From an uncultured Verrucomicrobiota bacterium (GTDB taxonomy: Bacteria; Verrucomicrobiota; Kiritimatiellia; RFP12; UBA1067), in contig CAMOFK010000004.1 in NCBI GenBank assembly GCA_946613265.1, forward strand, positions 17,399-81,398: a stretch of DNA of 64,000 nucleotides. The letters are read 5' to 3'. This document shows positions 55,894 to 64,000 of this stretch, piece after piece; the first letter of the stretch is position 1, and each line of letters starts with the position of its first letter. The position numbers and the translations under genes were made by a program. Below the pieces are notes generated by a model that made no database searches, was not told where the DNA came from, and was given only the letters and a program-made list of their open reading frames with translations.

Positions 55894-56808
55894 TCATTTT
55901 TCGTCGTCTTCGTCCTCGTCTTCGTCGTCCAGTTCGTCTTCGTCCTCTTCGTCGAATTCGTCTTCTTCGTCGAGTTCGCCGTCTTCGGCATCGTCATCCT
56001 CGTCGAATTCATCCTCCTCGCCGTCTTCATCATCGTCGTCGGTGCGATCGTCGGCGATGAAGACATCATCGGGATTGGGCGCGGCCGGCGGCGGAGTCTC
56101 TGCCTGCGGCGGCTCCTGGGCGTCCTGCACGTTCTTCAACTCTTCTTCGAGAGGCAGCGGCTCTTGCGCGACGGGCTTCCTGTACGCCGCGGCTTTCGCG
56201 CGCGGATCGGAACGCTGCAATGTCGGGTCGAGCTCATTCAGCTGCTGTAGTGATGCCAGGCCGAAGTGTTCGAGGAACAGCGGCGTCGTTCCGTAGAGGA
56301 ACGGATGCCCGGGCAGCTCGGATTTCCCGACTAGACGGATAAGCTGCAAATCCATCAGCGTCTTGATGTTCCCGGAAACATCCACGCCGCGGATCTCTTC
56401 GACCTCGCTTCGCGTAATCGGTTGGCGGTATGCGATTATCGCAAGCGTCTCGAGCGACGCGCGGGACAGCCGGCTGGGACGGTCGAGCTTCAGCAATGCA
56501 CGCACGTACCTGCCGCAAGACGCCGCCGTCTGGAACTTGTACGCACCCCCGGCGGAGACGAGGCGCAAGCCACCGCCGGCGACTTCCAGCGCCTTCTCCA
56601 GCCCCTTGAGCGCGGACTCCACCTCGCGCGTCGTGCACGTGTGATAGACTTCCATTATCTCGTCGTTCTCGCCCTCTTCCGGCTCGACGGCGCGTATGGC
56701 CGCGCGCAGATCCGCGACGGTAAGCGGGGTCTCCGACGCGAAAAGCAGCGCGCCGACTATCTCCTGCAAACTCGCAGGCAACGGTATTTTCGTCTCGTCA
56801 CTCATCAA
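55894..56808 (-). CDS. scpB: Segregation and condensation protein B with a ~55-aa polyacidic C-terminal tail
   Basis: ASLETLAIIAYRQPITRSEVEEIRGVDVSGNIKTLMDLQLI (winged helix). The tail is DDRTDDDDEDGEEDEFDEDDDAEDGELDEEDEFDEEDEDELDDEDEDEDDEK. Confidence 0.85.
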   Translation of the reverse strand: MMSDETKIPLPASLQEIVGALLFASETPLTVADLRAAIRAVEPEEGENDEIMEVYHTCTTREVESALKGLEKALEVAGGGLRLVSAGGAYKFQTAASCGRYVRALLKLDRPSRLSRASLETLAIIAYRQPITRSEVEEIRGVDVSGNIKTLMDLQLIRLVGKSELPGHPFLYGTTPLFLEHFGLASLQQLNELDPTLQRSDPRAKAAAYRKPVAQEPLPLEEELKNVQDAQEPPQAETPPPAAPNPDDVFIADDRTDDDDEDGEEDEFDEDDDAEDGELDEEDEFDEEDEDELDDEDEDEDDEK

Positions 56809-56887
56809 AACGCAGAATCCCCCGTGCCGGTTTTACATGTCCAGGTTTTGCACCAAGTTTCTTCTTAAGCCGCGGGCCTCTCCCTTC

Positions 56888-57688
56888 TCACTCGTAATCG
56901 TCCGGCCTCTGGAGCGGAAGAGCCTCATCCATCTCGTGCGACGCGAGAATCGTGATTTCATGGAAGGCCGCATTCTGGTAGATCATCACGCGATGCTGCC
57001 GCAGAAGCTCGAGAAGCGCCAGAAACGTGACGATTATCTCGCCCTTCGCGGCATCCAGCGCGAAGAGCGCGGTGAATACGACCTGGCCGTCGCCGCGCAC
57101 GCGCTCGAGCACGTAATCCATCTTCTCCGGAACTGAATAGCGAATGCCCTTAAGCTCGTTCTTCGGCATTTCCGCCGCGCGGCTCAGGACATCCTGGAAA
57201 GCGCCGAGCAGATCGTAGAGATCGAGATGGGCGACGGCCGCGAGTCCATCGGCGGCCGTCTTCTCCATCTTGACGCGCCCGCCGCCGTAGCCGTACATAT
57301 TGGACGCGAAAGCTTCCATGCCCTCGAGGCGCTGCGCGGCATCCTTGAACTTCTTGTATTCGATGAGCTGGCGGACGAGATCGAGCCGCGGATCGACCCA
57401 TTCCTCGCTCTGGTCTTCGTTCGCGGCGCGCTTGGCGACAGGCAGGAGCATGCGCGACTTTATCACCATCAGCGTAGCGGCCATGACGATGAACTCGCCG
57501 GCGATATCGAGGTTCATTCCTCTCGCTTCGTCGATGAATTTCATGTACTCGGCGGCGATCTTCTCGATGGGAATATCGTAAATGTCGATCTCTTCGCGGC
57601 GGATCAGGTACAAAAGAAGATCCAAGGGACCCTCGAAAACATCGAGCGTCACCTTGTATTCATCTGCAAACAACTGCTCCTGCGCCAT
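56888..57688 (-). CDS. scpA: Segregation and condensation protein A
   Basis: VFEGPLDLLLYLIRREEIDIYDIPI and FLALLELLR motifs. Confidence 0.85.
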   Translation of the reverse strand: MAQEQLFADEYKVTLDVFEGPLDLLLYLIRREEIDIYDIPIEKIAAEYMKFIDEARGMNLDIAGEFIVMAATLMVIKSRMLLPVAKRAANEDQSEEWVDPRLDLVRQLIEYKKFKDAAQRLEGMEAFASNMYGYGGGRVKMEKTAADGLAAVAHLDLYDLLGAFQDVLSRAAEMPKNELKGIRYSVPEKMDYVLERVRGDGQVVFTALFALDAAKGEIIVTFLALLELLRQHRVMIYQNAAFHEITILASHEMDEALPLQRPDDYE

Positions 57689-57739
57689 GCCGGATTCCTC
57701 GCCTGTTGCCAGCCGTCCCGTCTTTTCGCCGCCGCGCCG

Positions 57740-58696
57740 TCAGGGCGCCGGCGCGCCTGCGGTGTCGCAACGCTTCTTCTCCGCGCCGCCCTTGCCCTTG
57801 ACTTCCTGGAGAATCCACCGCTTGTTGTACCAAAACCAATCGCCGGGATTAGAACGTATTTCTGCATCGAGAAGCGCCATCGCCTCGCGCGTCAGCCTCT
57901 CCGCCTCGGCCTTGCGATCGCGCGCCGCGGGATCGGGGCGGAGCGTCGCCAGATGCCGGTACACATGCTTCTCGCCCTCGCGGCGCATCGCCGCCACGAC
58001 GATCGGCGACGAACAGCGCACCGCGAACATCGCGCCGGCGTGCGAGACGTTCGCCTTGCCTCCGAGAAAATCGACTTCGACATCCGGCTGCCGGACGCGC
58101 AGATCGGGGAGGATGGCAAACGCCCTTCCCGCCTCCAGCTTCGCCTTTATATCCACCAGCGTGCGCGCCGCCCCGCGCTCCAGCACTTCGATATCCCCGT
58201 ACTGGCGCTTCATCCATTCGTCTATCTTGCGGTTGCGCTGGCGCGCGGCTATCGCGAAGAGCGGAAGCCCGTATTTCGCCATCGACCACGCCGCCATGTA
58301 CCAGTTCCCGGAATGCGGGACCATTATCACGACACCTTTGCCTTCATCGACATATTCCTGGAGGCGGCGCTTGTACTTCTCGCCGTCGACGACGTATTTA
58401 TTCATCCAGTCGCGGTCTAGCGAGCTGGAGCGCATCATCTCCACGCCCGTCTTCAAAATGTTCGCGAGGCTGGCGCGCGCCGTCGCCAGATGCCAGGAGC
58501 GCGTCTTCTCCGGGAAAACGCTTTGCAGCCGCTGGAGCGTGCGCGCGCGCTTGAAACGCATTGCATAGACGAGGAACCAGGCGAGGCCGCCGGCGATTTT
58601 CATCGCCGCGCGATACGGCACGGCATTGACAATCCCGCAGACGGCGCGCAAGCCGCAGTATTCGAGATTCTCGACTATCGCACTCTTCCTGGCCAT
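57740..58696 (-). CDS. Lysophospholipid / lipid A biosynthesis acyltransferase (LpxL/HtrB family)
   Basis: VIMVPHSGNWYMAAW (HxxxxNW-type acyltransferase motif), N-terminal membrane anchor. Size and layout match the LpxL family. Confidence 0.65.
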   Translation of the reverse strand: MARKSAIVENLEYCGLRAVCGIVNAVPYRAAMKIAGGLAWFLVYAMRFKRARTLQRLQSVFPEKTRSWHLATARASLANILKTGVEMMRSSSLDRDWMNKYVVDGEKYKRRLQEYVDEGKGVVIMVPHSGNWYMAAWSMAKYGLPLFAIAARQRNRKIDEWMKRQYGDIEVLERGAARTLVDIKAKLEAGRAFAILPDLRVRQPDVEVDFLGGKANVSHAGAMFAVRCSSPIVVAAMRREGEKHVYRHLATLRPDPAARDRKAEAERLTREAMALLDAEIRSNPGDWFWYNKRWILQEVKGKGGAEKKRCDTAGAPAP

Positions 58697-58797
58697 ATCG
58701 AAATTCTTTCCCGTGGCAACGCTTTCGCGGCGTTTGAATTACTGCTTGCGTTTCTGCCGCCGGCCCGTCTCCGCACGCCGCGGAGACACCCGCGGCG

Positions 58798-59280
58798 CTA
58801 GCGCGCATCGCGCAGGATAGCGCGCTGGACATCCTTGTTCTTCAGCGCCTCTCGCTTGTCGTGCAGCGCCTTGCCGCGGCAGACCCCGAGCGACACCTTT
58901 ATCCTGCCGTGCTTCAAGTAGAGAGAAAGCGGCACGAGCGTCAATCCTTTCGCCTCCGTCTTCATCCGCAGCTCGCGGACTTCCTTGGAATGCACGAGAA
59001 GTTTGCGCTCGCGCTTCGGATCGTGGTTGAATCTGTTGCCGAATTCGTAAGTGGAGATATCCGCGCCGACGAGCCAAAGTTCGCCTTTGAGCACCGCGCC
59101 ATACGACCCTGCGAGGGAGACGCGGCCGAACCGCACGCTCTTCACCTCCGTGCCGGTAAGCGCAATCCCGCACTCCAGCGTCTCGAGAACGCTGTAGTCG
59201 TGGCGCGCCTTCCGGTTCTCGGCGAATGTAGAATCGAAACTATGGCGTGCGTTTCGCGCCTTTGCCGCATCAGTCGGCAT
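58798..59280 (-). CDS. smpB: SsrA-binding protein SmpB
   Basis: NRKARHDYSVLETLECGIALTGTEVKS..., NHDPKRERKLLVHSKEV, LVPLSLYLKHGRIKVSLGVCRGK. Start at the ATG at 59280. Confidence 0.9.
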   Translation of the reverse strand: MPTDAAKARNARHSFDSTFAENRKARHDYSVLETLECGIALTGTEVKSVRFGRVSLAGSYGAVLKGELWLVGADISTYEFGNRFNHDPKRERKLLVHSKEVRELRMKTEAKGLTLVPLSLYLKHGRIKVSLGVCRGKALHDKREALKNKDVQRAILRDAR

Positions 59281-59548
59281 AGAGCGAATTGACGTGCACC
59301 TGTTTCGGCTGCCACTTCGTCTTCGCGGCTTCCGCTTTGGCGATCGCGTCAAAATCGATTTCCGCGATAAGCTTGCCTTCGGCGACTTCCTGAAGGGCAA
59401 TATCACATTTATCGACATCGAGCGATTCGGGCTTGATCAGCGGCTTGGCACCGTTGATAAGTTCGCGTTCGCGCTTGGAAATCAGATTCACGAGGACCGG
59501 CGTGGACGGAATCTTCTCGTGCGCCTGCTTGAGCAATTCACTATTCAT
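59270..59548 (-). CDS. rpoZ: DNA-directed RNA polymerase subunit omega
   Basis: 92 aa. LVNLISKRERELINGAKPL and IALQEVAEGKL are typical of omega. GGAGAAG Shine-Dalgarno sequence. Overlaps the smpB start by 11 nt. Confidence 0.65.
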   Translation of the reverse strand: MNSELLKQAHEKIPSTPVLVNLISKRERELINGAKPLIKPESLDVDKCDIALQEVAEGKLIAEIDFDAIAKAEAAKTKWQPKQVHVNSLYAD

Positions 59549-59574
59549 CGTTCTTCTCCGCTTTGAGGTTGTAT

Positions 59575-59580
59575 ATTATA
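59575..59580 (-). promoter_or_regulatory. -10 box TATAAT for rpoZ-smpB (minus strand)
   Basis: The minus strand reads TAGTATAATATACAACC..., 26 nt upstream of the rpoZ ATG. Confidence 0.4.
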
Positions 59581-59669
59581 CTATATTTCCGCATGGCCGT
59601 GCAAGGCGGCGCGAAAAGTTTGTGCTTCGGCGTCGCGGCGAATGCGTCGCCCCGCCGGACGGACATTTA

Positions 59670-59678
59670 TGCTATAAT
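59670..59678 (+). promoter_or_regulatory. Extended -10 promoter TGCTATAAT for sbcDC
   Basis: TGC TATAAT at 59670-59678, GGAGG Shine-Dalgarno sequence at 59690-59694, GTG start at 59700. Confidence 0.45.
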
Positions 59679-59699
59679 AACCCTCGTGCGGAGGCTGGA

Positions 59700-60971
59700 G
59701 TGGTCAAGATAATCCATACATCGGATTGGCATCTCGGAGCGAAGCTCCACGATCAGGATCGCGGCGAAGAACACGCCGCATTCCTGCGCTTCCTGCTGGA
59801 CGCGCTCCGCGAGGAGCGGCCGGATGCGCTTGTCGTCGCCGGCGACGTCTTCGATATTCGCCAGCCCGGGAACGCCGCGCAGACGCTGTACTACGATTTT
59901 CTCGCCGAAGCCGTGCGCGATAGATTGTGCGGGAAGATAATCGCGATCGCCGGCAACCACGATTCCGCCGCGATGCTCTCCGCGGCGGGCAGGCTCCTCG
60001 ACCGCCTCGGCGTCTCCATCGTGGCGAAGGCGGACGCCGATGTTTCTGGCGAAGCCCTCTCGATACGCTCGCGCGACGGTGCGGACGTGCTGGGCGTCGC
60101 AGCCATCCCATTCATTTCCGCCGCGGAGCTTTCAAATTTCGCGCACGCGCAGGGCTGCGCGGAAGCGGCGCAGTCCTCAGCCGCGCCGCGCGACGCGCGG
60201 GATGCGCGCGCCATGGAAGACGACGGCTTCGCCGCGCATTGCGCCGCGGCCATCGCGGCAGCGCGCGCGGCCGCGGACGGCGCGCCTGTCGTTGCGCTCG
60301 GCCACTGCACGCTGCGCGGGGCTTTGCTCGGCGACGTGCGCTCGGAGCGCGCCGCGCGACTCGGCGGGCTTGACGCGCGACCGCCGGAAGCGTTCTCTGG
60401 CGCCGCATATGTCGCGCTGGGCCATCTGCACAATCCGCAGGAGCTGGACGGCGGCGCGCAGACGCCGCGCATGCGCTATTGCGGCTCGCCGCTCGCTATG
60501 AGCTTCGCGGAGGCCGGGCGCGCGAAGTCGCTTACCGTGGCGGAATTCTCCGGGGGCGCCGCAAACGTCGCGATACGCGAAATCCCCATCCCGCAATTCG
60601 TTCCGCTTGCGGCGCTAGAAGGCTCGCGGCAGGAAATAAGCGACGCGCTGGCCGCGCTTGTCGCGTCGCGTCCGCGCATCGCGTATGCGTCCGCGAAAGT
60701 GACGGCCGGCGAAGGCGATCTATTCCCCTACTGGGGGGAACTCGATTCGCTCGTCCAAGGCTCTGGAGTGCGGCTGCTTCTAAAGGAAGACGCGCGCGTG
60801 CGCGACGCCGCCGCACGCCAATCTCCGGAGGACGCCGTAAATCTGGAATCTTTCGAGCCGCGCGAAATCGCGCGCATGCGCATCGCCGAGGAACCTGGGC
60901 TGACGGAAGACGAGCGCGCAGAGTATCTGGAAATGGTTGACGGCGCGATTGCGGAAGCCGCCGCGATATAG
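59700..60971 (+). CDS. sbcD: Exonuclease SbcCD nuclease subunit SbcD (Mre11 family)
   Basis: VKIIHTSDWHLG, ALVVAGDVFD, IAGNHDS and GHLH phosphoesterase motifs. GTG start. Confidence 0.85.
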   Translation: MVKIIHTSDWHLGAKLHDQDRGEEHAAFLRFLLDALREERPDALVVAGDVFDIRQPGNAAQTLYYDFLAEAVRDRLCGKIIAIAGNHDSAAMLSAAGRLLDRLGVSIVAKADADVSGEALSIRSRDGADVLGVAAIPFISAAELSNFAHAQGCAEAAQSSAAPRDARDARAMEDDGFAAHCAAAIAAARAAADGAPVVALGHCTLRGALLGDVRSERAARLGGLDARPPEAFSGAAYVALGHLHNPQELDGGAQTPRMRYCGSPLAMSFAEAGRAKSLTVAEFSGGAANVAIREIPIPQFVPLAALEGSRQEISDALAALVASRPRIAYASAKVTAGEGDLFPYWGELDSLVQGSGVRLLLKEDARVRDAAARQSPEDAVNLESFEPREIARMRIAEEPGLTEDERAEYLEMVDGAIAEAAAI

Positions 60972-61016
60972 CGACAGGTCTTATAAGGGAACGGCAGCCG
61001 GCCTTGCCACGCAACG

Positions 61017-63668
61017 ATGAAGATTTGCAGAGTAGCATTCGAAAACCTCAATTCGCTTGCAGGCGAATGGGAAATAGATTTCGAAGCGCCGGCGTTCGCC
61101 GACGGCCTCTTCATCATCACCGGCGAAACCGGCGCAGGCAAGACGACGATACTGGACGCGATCACACTCGCGCTCTACGGCAGGACGGCGCGCGAGCGCA
61201 TCTCTAGCGAACAGAACGAAGTAATGACGCGCTCTCGCGCCGTCGCGCGCTCGGAAGTCGAATTCACCTGCCCGGCCGGGCGCTATATCGCGCGCTGGGA
61301 GCAGAGGCGCGCGCGCGGCAAGGCCGATGGCGCGCTTGGGCGCGTGAAAATCTCGCTTTTCGACGTCGCGGAGAAAAAAGAGATCGGCGAACACCGCGCC
61401 GGCGACACTCTGAAGTCAATAGAAAACCTGATAGGGCTTTCATTCGCGCAATTCCAGCGCACGGCGATGCTGGCGCAGGGGAGATTCGACGAATTCCTCT
61501 CCGCCAGCGACAACGAACGCTCGGAAATCCTCGAGCGCGCCACAGGCACGGAAATCTACGCCAAGGCGGGAATGGAGATATTCCGGCGCAAGCAGCGCGC
61601 CGAAGCCGCCGCCGAGAGCTTGGCGGAATCGCTCGCAGGGCTGGAAACGCTGGACGATGCGCAGCGCGCAGCGCTGGACGACGCTGCCGGCGCGCTTCGC
61701 GAAGAGCAGCGCGCCGTCAAAGCGCGCCTCGAAGAAGCCGCGCGCAAGCTGGCGGCGTTTTCGCTCGCGAAAGAAAAAGAAGACGCGGCGGCCGCCGAAC
61801 TCGCCGCGCGCGACGCGGCGCTCGCGAAAGCGCGCGCGGAAAGCGCGCGCGCCGGGGATGCCGCCGCAGGCGCCGCCGCCCGCCTCGCCGCCGCGCTTGC
61901 GGAGAAAGACGCCACATTGCCGGTCCTCGCAAAAGCCGACGCGCTGAAAACGAAGCGCACGCTGGCGCTCGCCGCGCTCGCCGCGACGGACGCCGCCGCA
62001 AAAAACGCAAAGAAGAATGCGTCCGCAGCGAACGCCGCGCTGGCGGCGCTGGAGGGGAAAGCCGCCGCGCTGGAAAAGTCGCACGCGATGCTCGGCAAAG
62101 CGCTTGAAGGCGAAGCGCCGCCGCCAGACGCCGCCGGCGCGCTTGCCGACGCCGCGAGGAGGATGCTCGCCATCGCGCGTTCATATGCCGGGAAAGACGC
62201 GCTTGTCCGCGAAGCGCAAGCCGCCGCGGAAGCGGCGAAGCGCGAATCCGCGCGCATCTCGGCCGAATACACGCTCGTCCGTCCGGGACTGAAAGACGCG
62301 CTGGACAACGCGATCGCCGCGCGCGATCTCGCAAGGCTCGTGGCGAAGCTGGAGAGCCACAGACGCAATCTCGCCGACGGCGCGCCGTGTCCGCTATGCG
62401 GCGCGCTCCACCATCCGTACGCAACCGGAGAAGCGCCGTCGAAATCCGCCGCCGAACTCGCGTGCGAAAAAGCGAAAGCCGCGCTCGAGAAACTCGAGAA
62501 CTCGCGCGACGCCGCACTCGAAGAGCTGGCCGCGCGCGAAAACGCCCTCAAGACGGCGGAAGACGCGGCAGCGGAAGAAAAAGCCGCTCTCGCCGATCTC
62601 AAGGCGACGCTGGAAAACGCGCGCATCGCTTCCGCTGCGCAACTCGCGCAGCTCCAGAGCACGCGCCCGGCCGCTTTGCAGGACTGCGAAGAGCGCGCAA
62701 ACGCCGCAGCCGCAGCCGATGCCGCGCTCGCCGAAGCGCGCACCCGTGCGGAGGACGCGAAGCGCGAATTCGATGCGCTCGGCCTCGAGCGCGATCCAGA
62801 AGATTTGCGCGCCGCTCTCGACGGCGCATGCGCGCGCGCGCAGTCCGCGGCGGCTGGGGCCGACGCCTCCAAGAGCGCCGCCCTCGCGACATGCGCGCTC
62901 GCCGCGGAAGAAAGAGAACGCGCCGCCGCCCGCCTCGCCGCCGCGAAAGACGCGCTGGCGGCGCTTTCCGCCGCGCTTCCCGGCGCCGCCGCCGCGAAAG
63001 ACGATGTCGAAGCTCTGCGGGCGCGGGAAAAGGAAATCGCCGCGCAGCTCCTCGAGAAATCCGTCGCGCTCAAACTCGACGACGACAAGCGCGCGCGCCG
63101 CGCCACGCTCTCCGGGCAGCTCGAAAGCGCGCTCGCCGCGCGCGCGCGCTGGGACAATCTGAACAAGTGGCTGGGCGGCGCCGACGGCGCGCGCTTCCGC
63201 AACTACGCGCAGGGAATGACGCTACGGCACTTGCTGCGCTTCGCAAATCCCCATCTCGCGGAAATGACCGCTTCCCGCTACTCGCTCGCATGGGAACCTG
63301 GCGCGAAGGACGCCGGGAGGCTGCTGCCGGCGATTATCGACAACGACCAGGGAGGAGCGCGGCGGCCTGTCTCCAATCTCTCCGGCGGCGAGCGCTTCCA
63401 AGTCTCGCTGGCGCTCGCGCTCGCACTGCAGGAAATGACCGCGCGGCGCGTCGCCGTGGAATCGCTTTTCCTCGACGAAGGCTTCGGGACGCTGGACGCC
63501 AAGGCGCTGGACGCCGCGATAGACGCGCTTTGCCGCATTCGCCAGAACGGCAAGTCGATCGGCATAATCTCCCACATCCCGCAGCTCGCCGAGCGCATCG
63601 GCGCCAACATCCACGTCGTCAAGACCGGCGGCGGCTTGAGCAGGCTGGAAATCCGCGAGCGGCCGTAA
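61017..63668 (+). CDS. sbcC: Exonuclease SbcCD ATPase subunit SbcC (Rad50/SMC-like)
   Basis: N-terminal Walker A GETGAGKTTILDAITLALYG, long Ala-rich coiled coil, zinc hook CPLCG, signature LSGGERFQVSLALALAL, Walker B LFLDEGFG. Confidence 0.9.
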   Translation: MKICRVAFENLNSLAGEWEIDFEAPAFADGLFIITGETGAGKTTILDAITLALYGRTARERISSEQNEVMTRSRAVARSEVEFTCPAGRYIARWEQRRARGKADGALGRVKISLFDVAEKKEIGEHRAGDTLKSIENLIGLSFAQFQRTAMLAQGRFDEFLSASDNERSEILERATGTEIYAKAGMEIFRRKQRAEAAAESLAESLAGLETLDDAQRAALDDAAGALREEQRAVKARLEEAARKLAAFSLAKEKEDAAAAELAARDAALAKARAESARAGDAAAGAAARLAAALAEKDATLPVLAKADALKTKRTLALAALAATDAAAKNAKKNASAANAALAALEGKAAALEKSHAMLGKALEGEAPPPDAAGALADAARRMLAIARSYAGKDALVREAQAAAEAAKRESARISAEYTLVRPGLKDALDNAIAARDLARLVAKLESHRRNLADGAPCPLCGALHHPYATGEAPSKSAAELACEKAKAALEKLENSRDAALEELAARENALKTAEDAAAEEKAALADLKATLENARIASAAQLAQLQSTRPAALQDCEERANAAAAADAALAEARTRAEDAKREFDALGLERDPEDLRAALDGACARAQSAAAGADASKSAALATCALAAEERERAAARLAAAKDALAALSAALPGAAAAKDDVEALRAREKEIAAQLLEKSVALKLDDDKRARRATLSGQLESALAARARWDNLNKWLGGADGARFRNYAQGMTLRHLLRFANPHLAEMTASRYSLAWEPGAKDAGRLLPAIIDNDQGGARRPVSNLSGGERFQVSLALALALQEMTARRVAVESLFLDEGFGTLDAKALDAAIDALCRIRQNGKSIGIISHIPQLAERIGANIHVVKTGGGLSRLEIRERP

Positions 63669-63684
63669 AAGGCCGCGCGCGGCG

Positions 63685-64000
63685 CTAGAGGCGTATGCCA
63701 AGCTCGCGCATGGCATTCGCGCCGAGGATCGCGGCGCGCTCGCCGTCCGAAAGCCCGAGCGCCATGAAGGCTTCGAGGACTTTGCCTGGATCCTGCCAGG
63801 GCGCGTCGGAGCCGAACAATATCCGCGACGCGCCGTGGCGCTTGATTATGCGGAGAATCTGTTCCGCATCCATCCAGAAGAAAGTGTGTGAAAGATCGAG
63901 ATTGACGGAAGTGCCGGCAAGCTCGCGTTCGACTTCGTCCCACATATGGAAGCCACCGAGATGAGCCGCGATTATCCTCAAGCGCGGGAACCGGCGCTGC
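63685..64000 (-). CDS. Amidohydrolase-family (TIM-barrel metal-dependent hydrolase) protein, C-terminal part; 5' end lies outside the window
   Basis: The frame is open to the window edge. RIIAAHLGG...ILFGSDAPW is typical of the Amidohydro_2 C-terminus. Confidence 0.55.
   Translation of the reverse strand, partial: QRRFPRLRIIAAHLGGFHMWDEVERELAGTSVNLDLSHTFFWMDAEQILRIIKRHGASRILFGSDAPWQDPGKVLEAFMALGLSDGERAAILGANAMRELGIRL

Noticed and set aside
55864-56250. Plus-strand ORF encoding a hydrophobic 'FVVFVLVFVVQFVFVLFVEF' peptide
   Set aside because: It is the mirror image of the GAC/GAA-rich codons of the ScpB acidic tail on the other strand and has no independent support.
61556-63202. 548-aa ORF antisense to sbcC (Ala/Ser-rich), and similar long antisense or alternate-frame ORFs such as 7197-9257(-), 8012-10072(+), 24079-26205(-), 4123-5346(-) and 37185-39029(-)
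   Set aside because: These are typical open frames opposite or overlapping real genes in GC-rich DNA. Their composition is low-complexity Arg/Ala/Ser/Pro with no motifs, while the co-located frames carry unambiguous family signatures.

Overview
GC-rich bacterial chromosomal window, densely coding, with about 57 protein genes. I found no rRNA, tRNA, CRISPR array, transposase or integrase. Gene content suggests a diderm, possibly of the PVC group, but that is a low-confidence inference: an LpxL-family acyltransferase, an RND pump, a Wza-like exporter, and a V-type ATPase D-I-K block ordered as in Chlamydiae. From left to right the window holds a FabH-like fragment, an M50 protease, pyrE, an RND adaptor plus pump, and a 1037-aa secreted transglutaminase-like/discoidin protein. 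On the minus strand come aroE, an HD hydrolase, and a truncated dcw block (mraZ-rsmH-ftsL-ftsI). Next are a secreted CGLC-motif protein with an ABM monooxygenase, V-ATPase D/I/K, a large polytopic membrane protein with a tandem carrier protein, clpC, an MFS transporter, tmk-holB, and a TIM-barrel isomerase. A roughly 15-kb same-strand block (30.7-45.7 kb) follows, in which a complete HptB/HsbR/HsbA-type phosphorelay and partner-switch set is interleaved with exopolysaccharide genes. The window ends with a GH3 glycosidase, ligA, an orphan MsmX-like ATPase, recR, ybaB, purC, two LysM proteins, scpB-scpA, an LpxL-family gene, smpB, rpoZ, sbcD-sbcC and an amidohydrolase fragment. The most unusual signal is non-coding: nine exactly phased 22-bp units (23778-23963) between a terminator and the clpC promoter. 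On the plus strand each unit folds as GCGAC-UGGA-GUCGC, so it may be a GGA-loop sponge RNA or a phased operator array. Other recurring features are TGnTATAAT boxes 6-11 nt from start codons, which suggests leaderless mRNAs, and long perfect GC-rich hairpins without U-tracts in intergenic regions. All calls come from reading the sequence and translations; no searches were run.
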